From: the human T2T-CHM13v2.0 reference genome, Homo sapiens
NCBI RefSeq assembly: GCF_009914755.1
Contig: NC_060931.1
Strand: one strand, 5' to 3'
Length of the DNA stretch: 64,000 bases
Position numbers and translations under genes: made by a program. Positions 45,466-58,966 of the stretch are shown here, piece by piece (positions within the stretch are counted from its first letter, which is position 1; each line of letters starts with the position of its first letter). A model generated the notes under the pieces. The model made no database searches, had not been told where the DNA came from, and saw nothing but the letters and a program-made list of their open reading frames with translations.

Positions 45466-46479
45466 TTTTTGTCTTCATATCAAACATTTATAAACAGGTC
45501 TCAGGACTACTAAAATTCAGTCCCACTAATATGTAATTTGTATACACCCACTGGAGAAACAGAAAAGGTAAGAGACTGTAACTACTATAAAGAATCTCAG
45601 TTTAACCTGGATGAAGGGAAAAAGACACATGCACAAACAACTGCAATGCAAGTACACAATGATAAATGCTGTAGGAAAACTATAAACATTTCTTGTGGCA
45701 GCAAAAAGGAAAAAGTGATTGATTAATTAGGATTATGGTATTAAGAAAGAGAAGCTTTGCAAAGGATATGACATTTGAGTTATGCCTTAAAGGATAGTTA
45801 CTTCAAAAAGGCAGAGAGGGAAAATGAGGGAAGGGTGAGGGAGAGAAGGATATTTTTGGCAGAGGGAGGAAAGAATCCAAGACCTAAAATTGCATGTTTT
45901 ATTCAAGGGGCAGGAAATAGCATTCTGTGTCTGAAGTCTGGTGGGGTAAAGAGAAGAGCAAAGCTGTTGGAAGATAGTAGATTCATACAAAAAAAGGCAT
46001 TGAACACCCAATTGAAATTCCCTTTTAATCCCTAGGAAATGGGGAGCCATACAAACCTGACTCATAATGGGGAATCAGTCAAGAGTATGTTAATATCATA
46101 TTTGTAGATTTTGATCTCTCCTTTCTAAGATTGCAAAGAGTGTTTTCAATAAAGCAGTACTGTATGGCAGTAAAATGAGTTATTTGACTTTCAAAATAGA
46201 TTATGTAAGAGATAGGTATGATCTAGTCCAAAGCAGTGGTTTAAAACAAAAACAATAAAAACAATAAAAAGCAAAACAAGCCAGTTAGTGGGGAGAGGGA
46301 ACATTTGCAGATTGCAGAGAGAGTACTAACAAAGAGCTAAGTCATCTTCCTTAGACTCCATTTGCATATGGAAGACTACATTTTATAGTTTTAGAGAATG
46401 AATCAAGGAGGACATAATAAAAGAAACTGGGACTACAGGTAAAGGAAGAGGTGTCAGAAAACACAATTTGTTTGAACAT

Positions 46480-46850
46480 ATGGTAGAGGCTTTGATTTCG
46501 GCCACACAGCTAGCCTACAATTCCCAACCTCCTTTGTAGTTAATTGGGACATGTGACTGAGTTCTATCTAAGCATATATAGCCTGAGTGATGTGTGCCAT
46601 TTCCAGGCCTGGCAAAAAAATCCTCCCATGCATATTCCTTGTTCTTTCTCCTTCTGCCACAGAATGCAAGTGACAATGCAGCCCTATAGGGAATAGGAGA
46701 TGCCTTAGTTCAAGGATAAGATGCATGAGAATGAGATGTACTTTCCTTGTAATGTTCCTTGAGTGATCAATAAACCTCTATTATTTTTGAGAAATTGTAT
46801 TGTTTTTGAGACAATGAGGTCTATTTGTTTCTGCAGTTTAGCCAAACAGA
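46480..46850 (+). mobile_element. MLT1J/MLT1I-like MaLR solo LTR
   Basis: AGCTAGCCTACAATTCCCAACCTCCTTTGTAGTTA..CATGTGACTGAGTTCT..GTGATGTGTGCCATTTCCAGGCCTGG..AATAAACCTCTATT. Confidence 0.75.
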
Positions 46851-47559
46851 TGAATTGAATTTAAAATTCCTGTAATACAGAGATTACAATATAATGTGCC
46901 AAGGTGATAAATAAATAGGATCATAAAGTTCACAGATGAGAAAAACTCAATTCAGAATGAGAAGGCTGAGAGAGCTTCTCAGCGATTGATCTTAAATTGA
47001 GGTTGGAAGTTTAATGAAATAGGAAATAACGGGATAGGCATTCCTGAGAATAGGAAAAAGCCACCCAGCTATAAATAAAAGATAGAAGGCCAGGATTTTT
47101 GTGGGTTTTATATATTACCAGTTGGATTCTTAGAAATAGAGACAACTTAGTAAGTTTTACTGAGATACAAGAGTTTAAATTCAATTACTAATTATTTTGT
47201 TCAAAGGTAGAACTATGAGAGGTTCTTTTGTCCATAGGATCAGGTAGGTCTTTGCTTAAAGAATAGACACTAAAATCATAGGTAATCCTCACAGAAGCTT
47301 CAATGCAGCTACCCACCCTCCCTAGACAAAATGGTGAAGCAAGTAAAGAGTCTCCAGAAAAAAAAGTAGTTTCTCATCACACAAATCAGGATGGGGACTG
47401 TCAGCAGACAAACAAAAGTAAACGTGTTTTGACAAACTGTGGGTGCCAATGGAAATTGGATCTTTCCTCATTTTGTCAGAGGAGTAAGACAACAGACCAA
47501 ATTCTTCTTCTGTTTTCTGAATTACTCTCCTTTGCAAATCATATAAATTTTAAAACCAA

Positions 47560-48125
47560 CCTATTAAACTTCCACAAAGGAAGACAGGTGGAAATTTTAT
47601 TGAGATTACATTAAAGTTATAAATAATTTGTGGAGAACTGGCAACTTTATAGTGTTAAACCTTTCAACCAATATATATCATAAATCTCTATGTTTATTTA
47701 GTCCTATTTTAATTGTTCTTGTTGATGTGTTACATCATTTTTTATAGAGTGGTGTTTCTCACCTAGGGACAGTTTTGTACTGATGTTATTGAAAAATCCT
47801 GTTGTAGAGGTGGGGCAAATATTTTATTAGTTTTATTTCCTAATATTTTGCTTAGTTTTAGGCAATTGTAAATAGTAACATTCTCTCTATAACCTTTCAG
47901 TTTATCACATTAAAAAATATCGTTTTCTAGGTGTTAGTGAATCATAGACATACAATTGATTTCTATGTACTGATCTTGTATCCAGTGACCTTCCAAACTT
48001 CACATAGCAGTTATAACTTCTTAATATTTTCTGTATTCACAGTTGTGGCAGATTTGTATCCTTCTCTCCAAGTATTAAATATTTTCTTTTTTCATGTCTT
48101 ATAATACTGATTAAGAACTCCAATG
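47560..48125 (-). mobile_element. Old L1M ORF2 remnant; resumes at about 53420-53700
   Basis: TTTTATTGAGATTACATTAAA, CAATTGATTTCTATGTACTGATCTTGTATCCAGTGACCTT; continuation TTTACCATTAAGCATG..TATTCCTAGTTT after the younger L1. Confidence 0.65.
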
Positions 48126-48412
48126 TGCATGTAATCTAGGAAAGTCAATCTCATAGGAACAGAGTAGCGAGGTGGTTGCCAGAGGCTGAAGGGGAAAGAA
48201 AGGGATAAAGAAAAGGGAAATGCTAATTAATAGGTACAAACTTTTAGTTAGACTTGAGGAAAAAGCTTTAGTGATCTAGATCTATTGCACTGATATTTAA
48301 TCAAGCTAATAACATATCCAACACCTCACCAACTTTTTTTTTGTGGTGAGAATGTTGAAAATACATACTTTTAGCAATTTTGAAATACACAATACATTAT
48401 TAACTGTGGTCA
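48126..48412. mobile_element. L1MA-type 3' UTR fragment, forward 48126-48292 then inverted 48293-48412
   Basis: Forward AACAGAGTAG..GGTGGTTGCCAGAGGCTG..GGTACAAAC..GATCTATTG; the next part on the minus strand reads TGACCACAGTTAATAATGTATTG..TTCTCACCACAAAAA..TTAGCTTGATT, the contiguous downstream consensus. Confidence 0.75.
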
Positions 48413-50098
48413 AATTCAAAAAACTCAGATAAACCCTGGGAGATACTATGGGAGATGACCATCCCCAAGACACATAGTCATCAGATTCTCCAAGGTCAAT
48501 TCAAAAGAAAAAATCTTAAAGGCAGCTAGAGGAGCAGGTCCCTAACTAAGGGAACCCCATCAGGCTAACAGCAGATCTTTCAGAAAGAAATCTTATGAGC
48601 TGGAAGAGATTGGGGGACTATTTTCAATATCCTTTAAAAAAGCCAATTTCAACCAAAAGTTGCATATCCCATCAAACTAAATTTCATAAGTGAAGGAGAA
48701 ATGAAATCCTCTTCAGACAAGCAAATGCTAAGGGAATTCATTACCGTTAGACCTGCCTTACAAGAGTTCCTCAAGGCAGTGCTAAACTTGGAAATGAAAG
48801 AACAATAACTGCATCAGAAAACACACTTAAGCACATACCCCATTGACACCATAGAGCAACTATACAATTGAGTCTACATAACAACCAGCTAACAGCATGA
48901 TGACAGGATCACATCCTCACATATCAATATTGACCCTGAATGTGAGGAGGCTAAATACCCCACTTAAAAGGCATGAAGTGGCAAGTTGAATAAAAAAGAA
49001 AGAATCAACTGTCTACTGTCTTCAAAAGACCTATCTCACAGTTAATGATACCCATAGGCTCAAAGTAAAGTGATGAACAAAGATCTATCAGGCAAATGGA
49101 AAACAACAAAGAGCAGGGGGTAGCTATTCTTGTATATGATATTCAAACAGATTTTAAGCAATGATGAAAAAGGACAAAGAAGGGCATTACATAATAATAA
49201 AGTGCTTAATCCAACAAGAACACTTAACTCCCCTAAATATATACCTACCCAACATTGGAGCACTGAGATTCATAAAACTGGTTCTTAGAGACCCATTAAG
49301 AGACTTAGACAACCATACAGTAATACTGGAGAACGTCAACACTGCACTGACAGCATCAGACAGATCACTGCAGCAGCAAATGAATTAAGATGCTCTGGGC
49401 TTAAACTTGACACTTGACCAATTAGACATAATAAATATCTACACAACACTCCAACTACAAACAACAGAATATACATTTTTATCACCTATGCAAGGCATAT
49501 AAGATGCCTTATAAGGCATATACGATGAACCACATGCTTGGCCATAAAGCAAGTCTCAACAAATTCAAAAAAATCAAAATTATAACAACCATACTCTTGG
49601 ACTACATTGTGATATAAATAGAAATCAATACCACTAAGATATATTAAAACCGAAAAATTACATGGAAGTTAGACAATCTGCTTCTGAATGACTTTTGAGT
49701 AAAAAAAAAATTAAGGCAGAAATTAAAAAATTATTTAAAGCTAATGAAAATGAAGACAACACACCAGAATCTTTGGCACACAGCTAAAGTAGTGTTAAGA
49801 GAAAAGTTTTTTGTTCCAGGCATGGTGGCTCACACCTGTAATTCTAGCACTTTGGGAGGCCAAGGTGGGTACAGATTGCCTGAGCTCAGGAGTTTGAGAC
49901 CAGCCTGGGCAACACAGTGAAACCCCGTCTCCACTGAAATACAAAAAATTAGCAGAGTTTGGTGGCATGTGCCTGTAGTCCCAGCTACTCAGGAGACTGA
50001 GGCAGGAGAAGTGCTTAAACCAGAGAGGTGGAGGTTGCAGTGAGCTGAGACTGTGCCACTACACTCCAATCTGGGTGACAGAGTAAGACTCCATCTCC

Positions 50099-50131
<33 letters not shown>

Positions 50132-53100
50132 GTTTTGAGTACTAAATGCCTACATCAAGAATGTATACAGATCTCAAATTAACAATCTAATGGCATGCCT
50201 AGAGGAACTAGAAAAACAAAAGCAAACCAACCCAAAGTTAGCAGAAGAACAGAAATAACCAAAATCAGAGTTGAATGGAATAAAATTCAGATGCAAAAAT
50301 CCATACAAAACATCAAAAAAAGTTGGTTATTCTAAAGATTAAAGAAGATTGATAGATCACTAGCTAGATTAATAAAGGATAAAAGAGAAGATCCAAATAA
50401 ACATAATCAGAAACAACAAAGGTGACATTACAACCAACCCCACAGAAAAACAGAAATTCCTGAGAAACTATTATGAACACCTCTTTGCATACAAACTAGA
50501 CAACCTAGAAGAAATGGACAAATTCATGGAAACACACAGCCTCCTAATAGTGAACCAGGAAGAAATTAAAATCTTGAGCAGACTAACAGTGAGTTCTTAA
50601 ACTGAATCAGTAATAAAAACCTATCAGCTAAAAAAAAAGCTGTGGACCAAATGGATTCAAAGCCAAATTCTACCAGATGTAAAATGAAGAGCTAATACCA
50701 ATCCTACTGAAATTATTCAAAAATATCAAGGACAAGGGATTCCCTCCTAACTCGTTCTACAAAGCCAGCATCATTCTGATTCCAAAACTTGGCGGAGACA
50801 CAACAAAAAAAGAAAAATTCAGTCCAATATCTCTGATGAACACAGACATAAAAATCCTCAACAAAATACAAGAATACAAACCAAATACGAATGAAATCCC
50901 ACAGCACATCAAAAAGTTAATTCATCATGATCAGAAAACCCAATTTCTTTCAACAGTATTTTTAAATTCTCATTGTGGAGATCTTTCACCTCTGTGGTAA
51001 GCTGTATTCCTAGGTATTTTATTCTTTTGTGGCTTTATTCCTGGGATGCAAGGTTGGTTTAACATATGCAAATCAAGAAATGTAATTTACCACATAAAGA
51101 GAATTAACAACAAAAGCGACATGATCATCTCAATACACACAGAAAAGGCTTTGATAAAATTCAGTATCCCTTCATATTAAAAACCCTCAGCAAATTACAC
51201 ATTGATATATTGACATATTGAAGGAAGATAACTCAAAATAATAAGAGCCATCTATGACAAACCCACAGCCAGCATCTTAATGAAGGGGCAAAAGCTGGAA
51301 ACATTCCCCTTGAGAACTGAAGCAAGATAAGGATGCCCACTCTTACCACTCCTATTCATCATAGTATTGGAAGTCCTAGCCAGAGCAATCAGGCAAGAGA
51401 AATAAACAAAGGTGATCAAAATAGGAAGAGAAGAAGTCAAACTGTCTCTCTTCCTGGAAAAATATGATTCTATACATAAAAACCCATAGATTCCACCAGA
51501 AGACTTCTAGAACTGACAAACACCTTCAGTCGAATTTCAGAAAACAAAATCATTGTTCAAAAATCAGCATTATTTATCTACACCAATAACATCTAAGCTC
51601 AGAGCCAAGTAAAAAACATAATCCCATTTACAATAGCCACAAAATAATAAAATACCTAAGAATACACCTTATCAAGGAAGTGAAAGATCTCTACAATGAT
51701 AATTTTAAAATACTGCTCAAAGAAATCAGAGACAACACAAACAAGTAGAAAACATTCCATGCTCATGAATAGGAAGAATCCACATTGTTGAAATGGCCAT
51801 ACTTCCCAAAGCAATTTAAAGATTTGTTGCTATTCGTATCAAATTAGCAAAGTCATTTTTCACAGAATTAGAAAAAACTATTCTGAAATTCATATAGATC
51901 CAAAAAAATATTCAAATACCAAAAAGCAATAATACTTAAGCAAAAAGGACAAAGCTGGGGTATCACATTTCTCAACTTCAAACTATACTACAAGGCTACA
52001 GTAACCAAAACAGCATGGTACTGGTACAAAAACAGACACTTAGATCAATGGAACAGGATACAGAACCTAGAAATAAAGCCACACACCTACAGCCATCTGA
52101 TGTTTGACAAAGTTGACATTAACACACAATGGGGGAAATAATTTCCTATTCAATATTTAGTGCTGGGATAATTGGCTAGCCATATGCAGAAGACTGAAAC
52201 TGGACCCCTTTCTTATACCATATACAAAAAGTAACTCAATGTGAATTAAAGACTTAAATGAAAAACCCAAAACTATAAAAACCTTGGAAGATAACTTAGG
52301 CAATACCATTCAGGACACAGGCATAAGCAAGGATTTCATTATGAAGACACCAAAAGAAATGGCAACAAAAGCAAAAACTGACAAGTGAGACCTAATTAAA
52401 CTCAAGAGCTTCTGCACAGAAAAAGAAACTAACAGAGTAAACAGACAACCTACAGAATGGAAGAAAATATTCAGAAACTATGCATCCAACAAAACTCTAA
52501 TAACCAGAATCTATAAGGAACTTAAATCAGCAAGCAAAATCCAAATAACCCTAATTTTTTAAATGGGCAAAGGACATAAACAGACACCTCTCAAAAGAAC
52601 ACATACATGTGGCCAACAAATATATGAAAAATGCTCATTCTCATTAATCATTAGAAAAATGCAAATGAAAACCACAATGAGATATCACCTCACACCAATC
52701 AGAACAATGGTTATTAAAAAGTCAAAAAACAAGAGATGCTGCCCAGGTTGTGGAGAAAAGGGAACGCTTATACACTGTTGGTGAAAATTTAAGTTAGTTC
52801 AGCAATTGTGGAAAGCAGTTTGGAGATTCTAGAAGAACTTTAAACAGAGCTACCATTCAACCCAGAAATCCTGCCACTGGGTATACGCAAATGAAAACAA
52901 ATTGTTACCAAAAAGGCAGATGAACTTGCATGTCCATTACAGAGCTATTCACAATAACAAAGACATGCAATCAACCATGATACCCATCAACAATGGACTA
53001 AATAAAGAAAATGTGGCTCTTATACACTGTGGAATACTACACAGACATAAAAAAGAACAAAATCATAGCAACATGGAGGAAGCTGGTTGCCATTATCCTA

Positions 53101-53410
53101 AGCAAATGAAGGCAGGAACAGAAAACCAGACACCATACATTCTCACTTTTAAGTAGAAACCAAACACTGAATACACATGGACTCAAAGATGGGAACAACA
53201 GACACTGGGGAATGCTTGACGGAGTAGGGTGGGCATGGCCCACCCTGTAACCTGATAGGCTACCTATCAGGTACTATGCTCACTACATTGGTGATTGGAT
53301 CATTCACACACCAAGCCTCAGTGACATGCAATTTACCCATGTCAGAAACTTGCACATGTACCCCCAAACATAAATGAAAGTGGAAAAAATAAATTAAAAA
53401 ATTAAATAGT
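48411..53410 (+). mobile_element. L1PA15/16-like, 5'-truncated within ORF1
   Basis: Colinear ORF1 3' half, ORF2 and 3' UTR with GGTACTATGCTCACTAC..CAAGCCTCAGTGACATGCAATTTACCCATG. Confidence 0.88.
49814..50122 (+). mobile_element. AluS nested in L1
   Basis: Full dimer with poly(A); TSD AAGAGAAAAGTTTT at 49797-49810 and 50123-50136. Confidence 0.95.
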
Positions 53411-54307
53411 AAATAATAAGGTCTCAGTGTTTAAGACAAATATCAGTAGCTGATGTCTTCATCTTATTCACAGTCTCAACTGGAAAGTTGTCAATAGTTT
53501 ACCATTAAGCATGTCTATAAATTGCCTGTGTGTGTGTAATTTATTAAATTAAGCAAATTACTTTATATTCCTAGTTTATTAAGATTTTTTCCATCAGTAA
53601 ATGCTGAACTTTATTAAATACTATTTATGTATCTAGTAATAGGATTACATAATGTTTTGCCTTTTATACTTTAATTTTATTAATAAATGAGTACCTTTCC
53701 TGACATAAATTAGCAGTTTTGCCAAACAATTAAAATGTTACACTTTTATTTTTAAAAATTTGATTCAAAACCTATTGAAATGCTTTACATGGAAAATTGT
53801 AAACTATATTAGAAAAAGTGTGTTTCTAAATGTCTACATTGTATAATTCTATCAAGCTAAGAAAGTTTTTGAGGATCCATAGCTGTACTGGCTTCAAAAA
53901 CACATAAAAATAAAAACATTTAAAAACATGTTTTCAGAATGCTTTCTCCATAGGATGAGCTTCTCTTACAAACATGTATATTTTTTGCTCATTTTCAAAT
54001 TGTTAGCTTTAACTCCAAGATATTCATTTTCTAGACTGACCATCCAAAATGTTGGTAATATACTACTTGAGAAATCTGTGGGTAATAAGCATCTCATAAA
54101 CTTCTAGTGAAAAATAAAAATTGATATTGATATCAATGTTATGGAGGGAAGCTTAGCCATATCTATCAAAATTACCTTGTTTATATCCTTTGACTCATAA
54201 ATTCCACTTCTCTGAGAATTTAAACTTAAATTCACTTAGACATTTTCAAATGGCATGTGTAAGTCATCGCAGCTTTATTTGTTATAGCAAAACTTTGGAG
54301 ATAGCTT

Positions 54308-56736
<2,429 letters not shown>

Positions 56737-57904
56737 AATAAATGTTCATCCATAGGCAACTTTAATTAATTATGCTAAATCTGTATAAAGCAGTATCAAA
56801 AAGCTATTTAAGAAAAAGAATGAAGATAGACTGGGATATTAATAAAGATCTACAAGTCTAATGTCATTTGAAATAAATTAAGAGCAGTATGTATAATATG
56901 GTTCATTTTGTGAAATAAAAGGATGGGGGGAGAAAAATACACATTCTTATACTCTTATAAAGTCATAAAAAAGTGTGTAAGAATAAATCAGAAACTAAAA
57001 AGACTAGTAATGTATGTGCACAGGGAATTGATTAAATGAAGGATAAGAAGACAATGCAGACTGTTCATGAGATGATAGTTTTGATTTTTGCATTTTGAGC
57101 CACATAAACGTATTTGCTACTCAAAAGTTCTATTTAAAATAGTAAGCTACATTTTGAAGAAAAAGAACGTTTGCTTTGCATTTATAACTATAACTATCTA
57201 CTAGTGAGTGTATTCCTGACAGCCACATCACAGAGAATGTCAATTCATTTAGAACACCAGGTGTTGGTGAAAAGAAATTGTTGAATTTATTTCTCACTCT
57301 ACCGTTTTGTTTGTTTGTTTCTTCATTATGATATTCAGGTAACTCTTTAAGGTAACAAGAGTTTCAGAGCATTCTCTATATCATTGCATAGTATTTTAAG
57401 TATTTTAATATTCAAGGTCTTGTTCCTATAACACTAATCACAATTAATGATATTAATGTAGTATTTTGTGTACTTTGTTTTTGTTTTAAAAATGTTCCTC
57501 TGAATTATGTAGGGAATAAACTTCAGATATATAGCTATAACTAAAAACTTACACTAGAATTCTTTTAAAATTCCAGACAAAATAGCTCCAATGTTGATTA
57601 TAACATTTGCAAATTTTTACCTTAAAATATTTTATATAAAGGAAACATTTATGGTCAGTAACATTTCTTTTCTAGTACATCTTTAACATACCATGAAAAA
57701 CATAATTTATTATAAAAGTCACTAATAATACAAAGTACGTGTCACACAATAATATGAGACTGAATTTGAAAATCTAGCTGTATTTTTCAGCCATGGTCTA
57801 GCAACACTCCCAAACTGAGTATATTGCTTTACTATATTGTTTTAAATTAATTTCATGTGTTTGTTTCTTTAAATTTCAGAATTTTTTGTTTGTTTGTTTT
57901 CCAG

Positions 57905-58115
57905 CACTGATCTTTGTTTATATCCATATTCCAAATTCTATTTCTGTCATTTCAGCCATCTCAGGCCAGTAAACAACCCTTGCTGGAGAAGAGTGGTCAT
58001 TTGAAGAAAAGAAGACTCTGTTTTTTTGAGTTGTCAGAGTTCTTGTGCTGGTTCTTTCTCATCTTTTTGGGCTGATGTTTCTTCAGTCTTTGAAGTTGTC
58101 CTTTGGATGGTTTTC
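57905..58115 (-). mobile_element. L1PA13-like inverted 5' segment (end of 5' UTR and start of ORF1)
   Basis: Minus strand ..AAAGATGAGAAAGAACCAGCACAAGAACTCTGACAACTC..GAAATGACAGAAATAGAATTTGGAATATGGAT; ORF1 ATG at 58062-58060. Confidence 0.85.
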
Positions 58116-58338
58116 CAAGAGAACATTGAAACCAAATCTAAGGAAGCTAAGAATCACAATAAAAAGATATAGCAGTTGAAAGACAAAATAGCCAGTATAG
58201 AAAAAGTGTAACTGACCTGAAAGAGTTGAAAAACACACTATAAGAATTTCATAATGCAATCACAAGCATTAACTGCATAATAGACCAAGCAGAAGAAAGA
58301 ATCTCAGAGCTTGAAGGCTGGCTTTCTGAAATAAGACA

Positions 58339-58966
58339 CTGTTGGTGGGACTGTACACTAGTTCAGCCATTGTGGAAGTCAGTGTGGCAATTCCTCAGGG
58401 ATCTAGAACTAGAAATACCATTTGACCCAGCCATCCCATTACTGGGTATATACCCAAAGGATTATAAATCATGCTGCTATAAAGACACATGCACACTTAT
58501 GTTTATTGCAGCACTATTCACAATAGCAAAGACTTGGAACCAATCCAAATGTCCAACAATGATAGACAGGATTAAGAAAATGTGGCACATGTACACCATG
58601 GAATACTATGCAGCCATAAAAAATGATGAGTTCATGTCCTTTGTAGGGACATGGATGAAGCTGGAAACCATCATTCTCAGCAAACTATAGCAAAGACAAA
58701 AAACCAAACACCGCATGTTCTTACTCATAGGTGGGAATTGAACAATGAGTACACTTGGACACAGGAAGGGGAACATCACACACTGGGGCCTGTCATGAGG
58801 TAGGGGGGAGGGGGGAGGGATAACATTAGGAGATATACCTAATGTTAAATGAAGAGTTAATGGGTGCAGCACACCAACATGGCACATGTATACACATGTA
58901 ACAAACCTGCACATTGTGCACATGCACCCTAAAACTTAAAGTATAATTTAAAAAAATTTAAAAAAA
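58339..58966 (+). mobile_element. L1PA3/4-like 5'-truncated 3' end nested in ORF1 of the older L1
   Basis: ORF 58370..58690 (LELEIPFDPAIPLLGIYPKDYKSCCYKDTC) and 3' UTR AATGTTAAATGA..GTTAATGGGTGCAGCACACC; close to the 8415-9036 copy. Confidence 0.92.

Noticed and set aside
47303-47614. 103-aa ATG ORF in mostly unique sequence
   Set aside because: No recognisable domain, runs into an old L1, and its length is compatible with chance in 64 kb
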